A stretch of DNA of 64,000 nucleotides from Octopus sinensis (Eukaryota): positions 68,324,001 through 68,388,000 of the forward strand of contig NC_042999.1 of the NCBI RefSeq assembly GCF_006345805.1, written 5' to 3'. Below are positions 24,579-36,299 of the stretch, piece after piece. The position numbers and the translations under genes are program-made. The notes under the pieces were generated by a model that saw only the letters and a program-made list of their open reading frames with translations, did not search any database and had not been told where the DNA came from. Each line of letters opens with the position of its first letter. The stretch's first letter is position 1.

Positions 24579-24629
24579 GGCTCCTGTGCAAGGATGACAT
24601 GCAAATTCGTGAAGCGTTCCATACTTTTT
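24579..24629 (+). pseudogene. RNU6: U6 snRNA 3'-half fragment (5'-truncated retrocopy)
   Basis: GGCTCCTGTGCAAGGATGACATGCAAATTCGTGAAGCGTTCCATACTTTTT versus canonical GGCCCCTGCGCAAGGATGACACGCAAATTCGTGAAGCGTTCCATATTTTT. Lacks the ACAGAGA box and 5' stem. Confidence 0.9.
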
Positions 24630-24846
24630 GGGTCATTGCCAGAACTGCCTAACTGGCCCTCGTGCTGGTGGTATGTAAAAGCACCCACTACACTCTCAGA
24701 GTGGTTGGCATTAGGAAGGGCATCCAACTGTAGAAACCTTGCAAGATCAGATTGAGCCTGGTGCAACCTCTAGCTCACCAGTCCTCAATCAAACCGTCCA
24801 ACCCATGCCAGCATGGAAAGCAGACATAAAACGATGATGATGATGA
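24630..24846 (+). mobile_element. SINE family C 3' body with (GAT)n tail, fused to the U6 fragment
   Basis: Aligns to the 9738-9962 copy starting at gaggtcgttgccag. Confidence 0.85.
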
Positions 24847-25758
24847 TATTGTACCTAGAGAATACTGACGTGACTCCAGATATAATGGCCAGAAGTCCTT
24901 GATCCTATAGGAATCTAACCATCCCTCTTAATGCTACTACTTTATCTCTCACCATACACACCTCCTCTCTCCCTTTCTCTATTCCCTCAGACATGCTTGC
25001 CTTGAACAGAGACATTGCCAATAAGAGAGAACTGATTGGTCTTGTAGATAACAAAGTGATATCTCTGCTGGTGTTGCTATGATTAAAAGCACTTAGTGCA
25101 CTCTGTAAAGTGGTTGGTGTTAGTATAAGCGCCATGATAAACTCTGCCAAGTACACTAAGAATTATACGTATCCAGGCATTGAGGTGGCGAGCTGGCAGA
25201 ATCGTTAGCACACCAGACAAAATACTGCCAAGTATTTTGTCTGTCTTTACGTTCTGAGTTCAAATTCCACCGAGGTTGACTTTGCCTTTCATCCTTTCGG
25301 GGTTGATAAAAATAAGTACTAGCTGAGTATAGGGGGGTCAATGAAATTCACTACCCTTCCTCATAAATTTCCGGCCTTGTGCCTATAGTAGAAAAGATTA
25401 TTTTTGAAGGCATTTTCTTTGATCATATAGCATCTAGTTTTACCAGAACTACTAGTTCTAAGTTACTTTTACTGGTCACTAGTTGTCAGTGTTACATATG
25501 CTTAGTATTCCAAGTTCTTGACAGTCTATGAAAGAATTCAACCTAGAAATTTATCCTCGTTTCTACACATCTGTAAATAATGGCTTGGCTATGAGTAATA
25601 GGACTATTCTGTGTAAGCATCAACGGTGCTTATACACGACACAGCACAATGAATGGTAATGGCATACACCCACCATATGTGGTTCAAGATGAGACACTAT
25701 TTTACACAAACTGGCATGGCTTGCCAGAAAGGAGCTCATAAGGAATGAAATGATTTTT

Positions 25759-26152
25759 GGCGCAGGAGTGGCTGTGTGGTAAGTAGCTTGCTTACCAACC
25801 ACATGGTTCTGGGTTCAGTCCCACTGCATGGCACTTTGGGCAAGTGTCTTCTACTGTAGCTGTGGGCCGACCAAAGCCTTGTGAGTGGATTTGGTACACG
25901 GAAACTGAAAAAAGCCCGTCATATATATATGTACATATGTATGTATGTGTGTGTATGTGTCTGTGTTTGTCCCCCAACATCGCTTGACAACCAATACTGG
26001 TATGTTTACATCCCTGTCACTTAGCGGTTCGGCAAAAGAGACCGATAGAATAAGTACTAGGCTTACAAAGAATAAGTCCTGGGGTCGATTTCTTTGACAA
26101 AAGGCGGTGCTCCAGCATGGCCACAGTCAAATGACTGAGACAAGTAAAAGAG
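25759..26152 (+). mobile_element. SINE family B, full length
   Basis: GGCGCAGGAGTGGCTGTGTGGTAAG head through AAGTAAAAGAG tail. Confidence 0.9.
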
Positions 26153-26859
26153 TAAGATAATTTCAAACAAATGAAAACTGTGCAAGATATGAACGAGTTA
26201 ATGGTGGGGGGTATGAGGCATTTTGGCAGAGCTGTTTTGGTGCCACATATTTGGCATAGCTGATAAGACACTGACACTCTCCTCTCTCTCTCTGTTTATG
26301 GGTGTGAGCATATTTCTTTTCACATGTATGACGACAGAGAATGCGAATATTTTAATCATTTTCAACTAATAAATTATGTCAGCCCCACATCCATCCCATG
26401 CTCACCTTTCTGTATGTGAATATTTCTGACTATGCTTACAGGTATATGTTTGGCTCCAGTATCAAACAGTTGCCAAAATAGATTCGGTGCCCAGTCAGCC
26501 ATGCCAAATTGCCAGTGTCCAAGCAGCTGCACCCAATCGTCTCATTATTCTGTTGAATGGATATCATTAGTAATTATTTAAAACAGTTTTAATCATTATC
26601 ATCATCATCATCATCATCATTTAATGTTCGTTTTCCATGCTGGCATGGATTGGACGGTTTGACTGCTTAACCAAAGCAGTTACAGAATGGTTCGTATGTT
26701 TTCATGAGTCATTGGGTTCAAGGCAATCCAATTGTTATCATTTGAACTAACCAAGATCAGTGGGTTTTCAACCAATTTTTAACTATGGACCTCTTTGATT
26801 CCTACATTACTCAGGTGGACACCCAGAGCCAGTTGATGTTTAAAAGTCCTATTATCCTA

Positions 26860-27368
26860 GGCGCAGACATGGCTGTGTGGTAAGAAGCTTGCTTCCCAAC
26901 CACATGGTTCTGAGTTCAGTCCAACTGTGTGATACCTTGGGCAAGTGTCTTCTACTACAGCCTCGGGCTGACCAAAGCCTTGTGAGTGGATTTGGCAGAT
27001 GTAAACTGAAAGAAGCCCGTCGTATATATATATATATGTATTTGTGTGTCTGTGTTTGTTTCTCCACCATTGCTTGACAACCGCTGTTGGTGTGTTTAGG
27101 TCCCTGTAACTTAGTGATTTGGCAAAAGAGACCGATAAAATATGTACTATGCTTACAAAGAATAAGTCCTGGGGTTGATTTGTTCAACTAAAGGCAGTGC
27201 TCCAGCATGGTCGCAGTCAAATGACTGAAACAAGTAAAAGATAGCTAAATATTATTAGGAATTTCTTCTTTCATTCTTTTACTTGTTTCAGTCATTTGAC
27301 TGTGGTCATGCTGGAGCACTGCCTTTAGTCAAACAAATCGACCCCAGGACTTATTCTTTGTAAGTCTA
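26860..27368. mobile_element. SINE family B full copy (+) followed by an inverted 3' fragment (-)
   Basis: Copy at 26860-27241; reverse-complement tail at about 27250-27368. Confidence 0.85.
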
Positions 27369-27479
27369 GCTGATCCAAATGACAGTTCTGCAAGTCAAAA
27401 CGAAGAATGACCCACAAAGTATTTAGTTCTTTTGATTGGATGTCAAGAAAAAAAAAATGAAACTGACGAATGCTACATT

Positions 27480-27730
27480 TTACATCTGAGACCCCCTTCG
27501 GTCATGAATGACCACGTAGAAATCTGGGCAAGGTTGTTTATGGAAGACCAGCAGTCGCCCATGCATACCGGCCTCTCCTCTCCATGCCACCAGTGTTATC
27601 CAGAGGAAGGGCAAAGGCCGATACAGCTTGTCTTGCTCAAGAACACAACACGCAGCCCGGTCCGGGATTCGAGCTCACAACCTCACGATCGTAAGCTCGA
27701 CGCTCTAACCACTGAGCCATGCGCCTTCAC
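27480..27730 (-). mobile_element. tRNA-derived CORE-like SINE
   Basis: Reverse A box (CTAACCACTGAGCCA), B box (GGGATTCGAGCTC) and TCTTGCTCAAG core. Confidence 0.75.
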
Positions 27731-28462
27731 TACATTTTACATACTTCTCAACAATTACAAGAAGTAATTGTGTTTATTTGTTCAATAACTGGGCTGTCTT
27801 TTGGAGAAAAAATATCAAAACTAAATATATTTGGCAATTTTCGTAACAATTTTTTTATTTCTTCAAATTTTTTTCCAGCTGAATTCCTTGTTTGTGTATT
27901 TTTTGTGTATGTATGTATATTTGTATATGTAAACATATGTCTGTACGTGCTCATGTGCATGGATGCATTACAAACACACAAATATATACATACATATACT
28001 TACATGCACAAATATATACATGCATAGATTTACATATACATATATACATACATACACATGCACAAACAAACACACACAAATACATAAATATAAGCGATTC
28101 AGCTGAAAATGAAATTAAAGAAAAAAACAATTTTCACAGAAATTGCCGAAAAATACTTTCACTTTTGATATAGTGTCTTCGAAACATCGCCTCAGACAAT
28201 CTTTCGATAACCATACACGAAAAATGAAGCTATTTCTTCGACTCCCTTTTGATATACTTTCTCCGAAAACAGCCGTCAATCTATAAACAATCCACGGCGA
28301 TGTTTTGAGGAAATCATATCAACAGAAAACCAAGAATTACGTGAGTGGTTAATACCAAGAAATGGAAACTTAAAATACGACGAAACATAAATTTAAGCAC
28401 AAGAAAGGCTGAAAGAACGATCGCGGTATACTTTTCTGAGCTGACAATATCTGCTGATAATG

Positions 28463-28534
<72 letters not shown>

Positions 28535-28994
28535 AAAACTCGAGCAGTGTATAGCCAATTCTGTAATAAAGAGAAAGAATCAGCAATTCAAAGCGAAAGT
28601 TTTTTTTATTTTTAAAAACTTTCGTGTTTACTTTAGAGCGATAAACTTGTCCTGTTATTTAATATTCTAAATTTTTTTTCCACGGATATTTATCAACCTC
28701 TTATTGGTTAATAAATTCTGGTGACTTTACTAATTCTGTTATGTGGGCGTGTGGTGTAAATAACTGGCCGATTTCCCGGTATAACGACCCACTTTCACTT
28801 TTAATTTACAGCTAGTATTATTTCTTTAACGCATAATGGAAAAGTTATAGAAAGAGGAATAGGATATCGAAATTTTGAAAAGGAAAACATAAAATACGTT
28901 TTTAAGAATCATAACCGATTTTTAAAAACATAGCAACCTCGGGGGTAAAATATGAAAAAATTGCAGACGGAGGTGTATCATTCAAAATTCGGCA

Positions 28995-29578
28995 TACCCT
29001 ACGACTTTGTTGCCTCATAACTTCCAGAAAAATGGATACTTTTTAAGGAAATTTCCAACAAATGCCGCTTAGATGTAGAAGATTCAGAGTATATAGGGAT
29101 TTATGGAAAGAATTTTTCCGAAGGGGTGGGGAGAGGAGTTTCGGAAAATTCACGATCCGAATTTTTCCCTCATAACTTTCAAGAAAATGGATATCTTCTA
29201 ATGAAATTTTATACAAATACCTTTCAAACGGCATAGATTACGATTATAAAGAAATTTGCCGGGAAAAAATTTTCTGAGGTGGGAAGGGGGTTTCGAAGAA
29301 GACCAAATTTCTTTATACTCGTAATCTATGCCGTTTGAAAGGTATTTGTATAAAATTTCATTAGAAGATATTAATTTTCCTGAAAGTTATGAGGGAAAAA
29401 TTCGGATCGTAAATTTTCCGAAACTCCTCTCCCCACCCCTTCGGAAAAATTCTTTCCCTAAATCCCTATATACTCTGAATCCATAGCATCTAAGCGGTAT
29501 TTGTTGAAAATTTCGTAAGAAAAGTATTCATTTTTCTGCAAGTTATGAGGCAACAAAGTCGTGGGGTACACATCTGTA
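28995..29578. repeat. Large foldback (arms 28995-29258 and 29304-29578)
   Basis: About 265-bp arms, highly similar inverted copies, 45-nt spacer; related fragments at about 31440-31800 and 35800-36080. Confidence 0.85.
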
Positions 29579-29811
29579 GTTATGCCCCAAATTCCACCAG
29601 ACTACCGTAAACATATACACATTGAGGATACTGCAATGCAAAAATTTCAAGGTTGCCGCAATCCAATGCTATAAAAGACTTCGGTCGCCAATCGAAACAC
29701 AAGCTGCAAAGTGCAGCAGCATTATATTCAACGATCGCCATCGTTAAATAAAAGCCCCGGACATATCAAAAGTTAAATTTCGGCTGAGAAGAGAGAGAGG
29801 TGACCAACAAT

Positions 29812-29843
29812 ATGGCGTCAGCTACGTTGCCAAGAGATGCCAG
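29812..29843 (+). CDS. Possible first coding exon (MASATLPRDA..)
   Basis: caacaatATGGCG Kozak/YY1-like context and CAG|gtggtt donor in CpG-rich sequence; no downstream exon identified. Confidence 0.2.
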
Positions 29844-29989
29844 GTGGTTTTGCAGAAATTTCCATTTCTTATAGAGCCACAAAATACAGAAGCATAAGAC
29901 AAAGAAAGCTGTAACGTCCAATTTCTTTCACAAACAAATCTTTACTTTCTAACATAAACACAAAAGGAGAAGACCGTCCAAGATTCAAA

Positions 29990-30344
29990 CGAACAGCGGT
30001 CTCGGTGCGCGCACTCGCGCTAGCTAGTCGTAAGTAGTCGATCCTACAACGCACTTGTAGGATCAACGAATTAAATATTTTTCGAACAAAGTAAATAAAA
30101 CGCAAAGTAAATAATTTTTTAAACTAAATAAATAACTAATTTTTTATAAACAAACTAAGGTTAGGGTTAGAGTTAAAAAATTTTCGTAAAAATTATTTAC
30201 TTTGTTCGAAAAATATAAAAAAACCATTTTCTTTAATATGTATTTAGTCTTGAAATACAAACATACGCACAAGTCGTCGTAGGATCGACTACATACGACT
30301 AGCTAGCGCGGATGCGCGAGTGCACGCACCGGGACCACTGTTCG
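29990..30344. mobile_element. MITE with about 65-bp GC-rich TIRs and internal inverted repeat
   Basis: cgaacagcggtctcggtgcgcgcactcgcgctagctagtcg mirrored at the right end; inner atatttttcgaacaaagtaaataa pair; GGTTAGGGTTAG core. Confidence 0.8.
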
Positions 30345-31074
30345 CTAATAGTACAGAAATGGTTGATTAGAGTAAGTTACCCCGGGGCTATCACTACAAA
30401 CATCAATTAAACTACTTTCATTTAAGCCTTTGCATGTCGATAAATGAATGTATAAAAAAATTAGAAATATTGTTATTAATTCAACTCTAAGTTTGCAAAG
30501 GCAATCTAGGATCTGTATAAATGTATATAACCCTTAATCGTAGATGGTATTTAAAGAAAACGAAAGAATTATGCTCACCGGTAGTTAAATCGATATTGCA
30601 TATTTCGCAGGAATAACTCATGGTGATGTGATAATGAAGATTTAAGACAACAAATAATATTAAAAGGAGAACTTAACAAATATATAATAGCATACAACAC
30701 CACGTGGAAGTGTTAAAACTGAAACTGACAGAAATAGTCTGTGTACAATTTGTGATGAGGGTTAGATAACTCTGTTGCATTATAGATGTCAGCACTGGTT
30801 TTCATACTGTTTAGCCCTAGGCCGGCCTTGATATAACAAACAAAAATCATTTGTGACCGGTTTTACGAATACACGCATTTCTCAGAAATGTTGAGTTATG
30901 TATTTTTCGACCTTACGTCGGTCTCAGCAACGTAAAGCATTAAAATTTTGGGAAAAAAAAGCGCTTAAAAACCAATACTGAAGTGGAAAAATAAAATAAA
31001 ATAAAATACATGTGAAAACCATTTGTTAAAGCAGATATAAGGTAGATTACGATTATATCGGAATTCCATATATA

Positions 31075-31282
31075 TTTCTTTACTACCCACAAGGGGCTAA
31101 ACACAGAGGGGACAAACAGATTATATCGACCCCAGTGCGTAACTGGTACTTAAGTTATCGACCCCGAAAGGATGAAAGGCAAAGTCGACCTCGGCGGAAT
31201 TTGAACTCAGAACGTAACGGCAGACGAAATACGACTACGCATTTCGCCCGGCGTGCTAACGTTTCTGCCACTTCGTCGCCTT
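31075..31282 (-). mobile_element. SINE family A with internal deletion and about 17-bp TSD
   Basis: tat(a/g)tcggaattccata on both flanks. Confidence 0.8.
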
Positions 31283-31854
31283 TTATGTCGGAATTCCATA
31301 GATAGAAAGAAATTGATGGACACGTGCACATTAATACTGACACACATCACGTACGTCTGCGAAATGAAACTAGAAATTTTGAAAAAAATTCTGATATGTC
31401 AATATTTGTGTGCGTGTGCTTACCATTTTTATTTCTTCATAGTAATTTCCGATATAATTGTAATGTACAGAATCTGAAAGGTATTTTTTAGAAAATTCCA
31501 TTAGAAAAATAACTATTTTTCTGAAAGTTATGAGGAAACAAAACCGCCAGGTGTGGATTTTACGGAACTTCTCTCCTTACTCTCGAAAAAAAATTTGTTC
31601 GCAACAAATTCCGATATAATCGGGAATCTACACCATCTGAAGAGTATTTGTAGAAAATTTCATCAAGAAATATCCATTTTTCTGAAAGAGGAAACAAAGT
31701 GTGCCTCTCAGAGAGAGGCACTCTTTTGGGTACTAATTATAGATGTCCTGACGCATCTACGTAACGATATAAAGGAAAGCTACAAAATATTTTAAAATTA
31801 CGCTGTGTGGACGTGTAATGACACCCTAACTAGTGTGCACAATAAAAACGGTGA

Positions 31855-32035
31855 CCGGTTATAAAGTCACAGGAGAAGAAGTCAGTAATAAAGTCACAAT
31901 TTTGGCTAGGAAAAAAGTCAAATAATTTATGGGATCTGGACACAAAACCCCCTGGAACAAAACCTCCTCGGACAACCCCCACCCCTGGACAAAACCCCCT
32001 TTGACTTTTTTTCTGTGACTTTCTACCTGGACCTC
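31855..32035. mobile_element. MITE-like element with AAAGTCACA subterminal repeats
   Basis: Direct aaagtcaca repeats on the left, inverted tgtgacttt on the right, internal ggacaaaacccc repeats. Confidence 0.5.
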
Positions 32036-32557
32036 TGTATTTAAGTACTGCCCACTTTTGTAGGAATGTCCCAAAACTTTCCATTGTGACCATCCCATTA
32101 TTTGGAATACTAGGGTGAACTGTTTCCTATTATTGTAAGGCATGATTTATGAGAGTGACTGGTGGCTTCTTCGTCAACTCGTCTATTATATATTATAAGA
32201 CTAAGGTGTTATTTAAGGAAAATTCGACTGCATTTCAAGTGACCGCTTAGTACATCAGTTTATAATGTGGGTCACAACGCTGCCTCGATATCTGTCGTTA
32301 AAAGGCAGATATCAAGGTAACATTGTGGTGGAAATATTTGATATTTATCGACTTTGCCTTTCGTCCTTTCAGGGTCGATAAATTAAGTACCAGTTGCGTA
32401 CTGGAGTCGATCAAATCGACCGGTCCCCTACCCAAAAATTTCGGGCCTTGTGCCTAGAATAGAAAAGAAAAAGAATATTTGATATTTATAAATCTCGTAA
32501 TTTTCCTTAGGCACGTTCAAGATTAAAACATCATCACGAGATCAGGTTTATTTACAG

Positions 32558-32960
32558 ACACAAGCGTGACTGTGTTGGTAAGAAGTTTGCTTTCCAACTA
32601 CATGGTTCCGGGTTCATTCCCACCGTGTAGTAAGGGCAAGTATTTTCTGCTATAGTAAGGGCCAACCAAAGCCTTGTGAGTAGATTTCGTAGACAGAAGG
32701 TGAAAGTAGCCCGTTGTACATACATACATACATACATACAGTTTGTGTATGTGTGTGTGTGTGTCCCACACCGCTTGACAACCGGTGTTTGTTTGTTTAC
32801 GTCCCCGTAACTTGTCGGTTCGGCTTAAGGAATCGATTAAATAAGTATCAGGCTTTAAAAAGAATGTATTGGAGTTTATTCGACCGACTAGAAATTCTTC
32901 AAGGCGATGCTCTAGCATGGCCGCAGTCTAATGAGAGAAACATGTAAAGGATAAAAAAAA
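32558..32960 (+). mobile_element. SINE family B
   Basis: Head, core, microsatellite and tail match other copies. Confidence 0.8.
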
Positions 32961-33112
32961 GATGAGTGGGGCGTACCACCCACACTAACAATAATGAAGA
33001 AATAAAAAGATTTTTTTACACTACACACACACACACGAATTGGTGCCTTGTTATAGCACTATTTTCTATTTGTAATTCTACCTTTACTGTGTTTTACTTA
33101 TATATATATATA

Positions 33113-33484
33113 TTCTCCAACACCACCCGCCTCACTAGCACCCACCATCGACCCTATCCCATCATCCACTCCTTCACCTGCACCTCCAGCAATATTATCT
33201 ATTGCATCTCTTGCTCTCTCTGCAATTCCTTGTACATCGGACAAACGGGACGCCGCTTGGCTGACCGGTTCGCGGAACACCTTCGTGACATCCACCTTGC
33301 GAACGACACACCGGTCTCACGCCATTTCCGCTCCACCGGTCACTCCTTGCAACACCTATCTGTGTTCGGTTTGTCCTTACACAGAGGCCATCCGGATTCC
33401 CGTTTGCGCCGTGAACAGGAATTAATCTTCTCTCTTCGCTCTTATACGCCATTTGGTCTCAACTCTCCCCCCCTCCTCATCTAA
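33113..33484 (+). CDS. GIY-YIG endonuclease domain (PLE C-terminus)
   Basis: HSFTCTSSNIIYCISCSLCNSLYIGQTGRRLADRFAEH...HF...GH...LRREQELIFSLRSYTPFGLN: IIY/YIG with CxxC insert, conserved R, E and GLN; uninterrupted. Confidence 0.85.
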   Translation, partial: FSNTTRLTSTHHRPYPIIHSFTCTSSNIIYCISCSLCNSLYIGQTGRRLADRFAEHLRDIHLANDTPVSRHFRSTGHSLQHLSVFGLSLHRGHPDSRLRREQELIFSLRSYTPFGLNSPPLLI

Positions 33485-34011
33485 CCCCCCTCTCCCCCTC
33501 CTCACCTATCCTTTCTCCCCCCGACCCCTACTTCTTCAGTCCTTCATCCTTTCACCCCTACTCCCCTTCCCTTCTTCCCTCTTTCTCCCTCCCTCTTCCC
33601 CTTCCTTCTGCTCCCTCACTCCCTCTCTCCCTCTTTCCTCCTTCATCCCCCTCCTCCCCTTCCTTCTCCCCATCCTCTCCTCTTCCCCCTCTTCTTCCCC
33701 TCCCCTTCTCTCCCCCTCCCCCTCTTCTCCTCACTACACCACATGACTTTACACATCACATCACATATGATGTGCCATACTAATACACACACCAACTAAT
33801 ACATACTAATACGTACTAATACATACTAGTACATACTAATACTTACACCAACCCTATACATACACACGTCCAGACCCCGCATACGCACTTATACTCTCTC
33901 ACACACACACACACATACCTATACATACCAATACGTACTAATACATACTAATACATACACCAACCCCATACATACGCACGTCCAGACCAATCTTACGCAC
34001 TAATACTCTCT

Positions 34012-34050
<39 letters not shown>

Positions 34051-34282
34051 ATACATACTAATACATACACCAACCCTATACATACACACATCCAGACCCC
34101 TCCCACGCACTTTTAGCTGGTCCCTCAACCCTTTTATCAACCCTATTATCTCCCCTTATTTCGCTCTCGCGTCTCATGTTTGATCTTTGACCTCTGGCCG
34201 AAATCAGATCGCCATGTTGATTCGTTAGCTACTGCACGCATTTTTTTCTCTCCTTCTTTCTGTGTTTTTCTCTCTCTGTGTA

Positions 34283-34320
34283 TCTTTCTGTTGAAGAGCG
34301 TAGGCTCGAAACGTTAAAGA
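34283..34320 (+). ncRNA. Hammerhead-like motif with A6U core variant
   Basis: TCTTT-CTGTTGA-A-GAGC gtag GCTC-GAAA-CGT-T-AAAGA. Confidence 0.55.
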
Positions 34321-34417
34321 CTTGTTTTATTTATATTTCCTGAGCGCCATACTAATACAATTGTTCGTTTGTTTTCCACCTGCCTTCGTCTTTTGTTTAT
34401 TTTCATAAAGCTTCCCG

Positions 34418-34491
<74 letters not shown>

Positions 34492-34507
34492 GAGAGAGAG
34501 AGAGGGG

Positions 34508-34574
<67 letters not shown>

Positions 34575-34622
34575 CATGCATACATACATACATACATACA
34601 TGCATGCATACATACATACATA

Positions 34623-35415
34623 CCCGGACTGTTGTCATAGTAAGGAAGATAAAGCACGCAGAGTGAAGCCGCTCGGCACAGATTGACCTTGAACTCTGCT
34701 GTACATGTGCACTAAGTTCTAACGTCCTAGTTAACTTCTGCTGTTTACAGCAGTGCTTGGAAGGAAGGTGTGTAGCGCGTGATCGTCGCATTGATTATGT
34801 CAAAGAAAGTTAACACGGCGACACCTGTTCAAAGGCCTACGCAAAGTTGCTGAAAGTGTATGGAGAGGAGAATATGAGCCGCACACAAGTGCTCGAGTGG
34901 TTCAGACGTTTCCAAAATCAGCAGAACTGAGAATAACATCGCAGATGTGCATGTAGCTGTGAGAGGAAATCATCGAATCACTATCTGTGATTTATCATAA
35001 GATGTGCAGATTAGTTACGGTTCAGTTCAATCCATTAACACTGAAGTTTTGGGTATGAGACGCGTGTCTGCCAAGTTTGTGCCAAAACTGCTTTCAGCTG
35101 ACCAAAAACACGCCCGGGTTTCAGTTGCACAAGATCTCCTTGATTGTATCGAGAAAGAAGAAAACTTTTCGAAAACGTTGTGTAGGCCTCGGATCAGGTA
35201 TCGCCAAGCTTTTTGCAAAATTTTATGCAGATTCTCTGTCATGCTCAATGCGACGATCACATGCTACACACCTTCCTTCCAAGCACTGCTGTAAACAGCG
35301 GAAGTAAGCTAGAACGCTAAAACTTAGTGCACGTGCACAGTAGAGTTTAATGTCAATCTGTACCAAGTGGTTTCACTCTGCGTGCTTTAGCATCGTTATT
35401 ATCGCAACAGTCCAG
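34623..35415. mobile_element. Mariner deletion derivative with about 170-bp long inverted ends
   Basis: 34623-34793 mirrors 35246-35415; internal MRRVSAKFVPKLL (WVPRxL region). Confidence 0.75.
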
Positions 35416-36299
35416 ATACTTATTGATCAGACTGTGTGTGTGTGTGTGTGTGTGCGTGTATGTGCGTGCGTGCGTGCGTTTGTGTGTGCATGTATTTTTG
35501 TGTGTGTGTCTGTGTTTGTCCCCCTGCCATCGCTTGACAACCGATGCCGGTGTGTTTATGTCCCCGTAACTTAGCTGTTCGGCAAATAAAACCGATAGAA
35601 TAAGTACTCAGCTTACAAATAATAAGTCCTGGGGTCGATTTCTTCAACTACAAAAAAAAAAAGACTTTTGAGGCGGTGCTCCAACACGGCCGCAGTCAAA
35701 TGACTGAAGCAAGTAAAAGAGTCAAAGAAAAGAATATATATGGTCTATGTTAGTATTTATACATGCTCATCCACCATTTGTTTTTGTTATATATATAAAA
35801 TTTCGATATAATCGCAATCTACACCACCTGGAAGGTATTTAGAAAAACATTTTACAAATAAAACCCATTTTTCTGGAAGTTATAAGAATACAAAGCCAAC
35901 TAGTGTGAATTTTTCGAAACTTCTCTCTTCACCCATCAGAAAGTTTTTCGACAACAAATTCCGATATAATTCGACTCAAAACCAACTAAAGCATGTTTGT
36001 AGAAAATCTCATTATAGAATATTCATTTTCTGAAAGTTGTGAAGAAGAAAAGTTGTGGCGGAGGCATAGTCTGGTACTTGGGTAGATTCTACCTTTTCTC
36101 TGAAGGAAATTGACTGTGACCAAACTTCAGAGAGGGACAGGTTCCTTCATGTTGCGAGCGTGAAAATGATATCCTAATCAAGGCAAGACCTGCGCCCTGG
36201 GCACAGTTGCGTATGCGTAAGGCACCATGAGGTTACGCGTGAACAAGAAGGTCGGAAAGAACGACAGCCATATTGAAAAATAAAGGCATCCATGTGGTG

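Larger units (their letters stand above)
33113..34418 (+). mobile_element. 5'-truncated Penelope-like element (Neptune-type GIY-YIG), inserted in (TA)n
   Basis: Endonuclease ORF, then pyrimidine tract, degenerate tandem repeats and a terminal repeat with a hammerhead-like motif; (TA)n on both flanks. Confidence 0.8.

Noticed and set aside
24579-24629. Functional U6 gene or regulatory link to the nearby TUT1
   Set aside because: 5' half and ACAGAGA box are missing and CpG decay is present; U6 retrocopies are common, so the proximity is probably chance.
24905-25156. 83-aa ORF next to the U6-SINE chimera
   Set aside because: No motif recognised in any frame; possibly a decayed TE fragment.
26442-26580. 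Somatomedin-B-like domain on the plus strand (SCQNRFG..CQCPSSC)
   Set aside because: Lacks the second Cys and the CC-x-D motif; other frames are equally open.
29812-29843. TAF9 assignment for MASATLPRDA
   Set aside because: Only a 4-residue resemblance (PRDA/PKDA); no downstream histone-fold exon was found, so no symbol is given.
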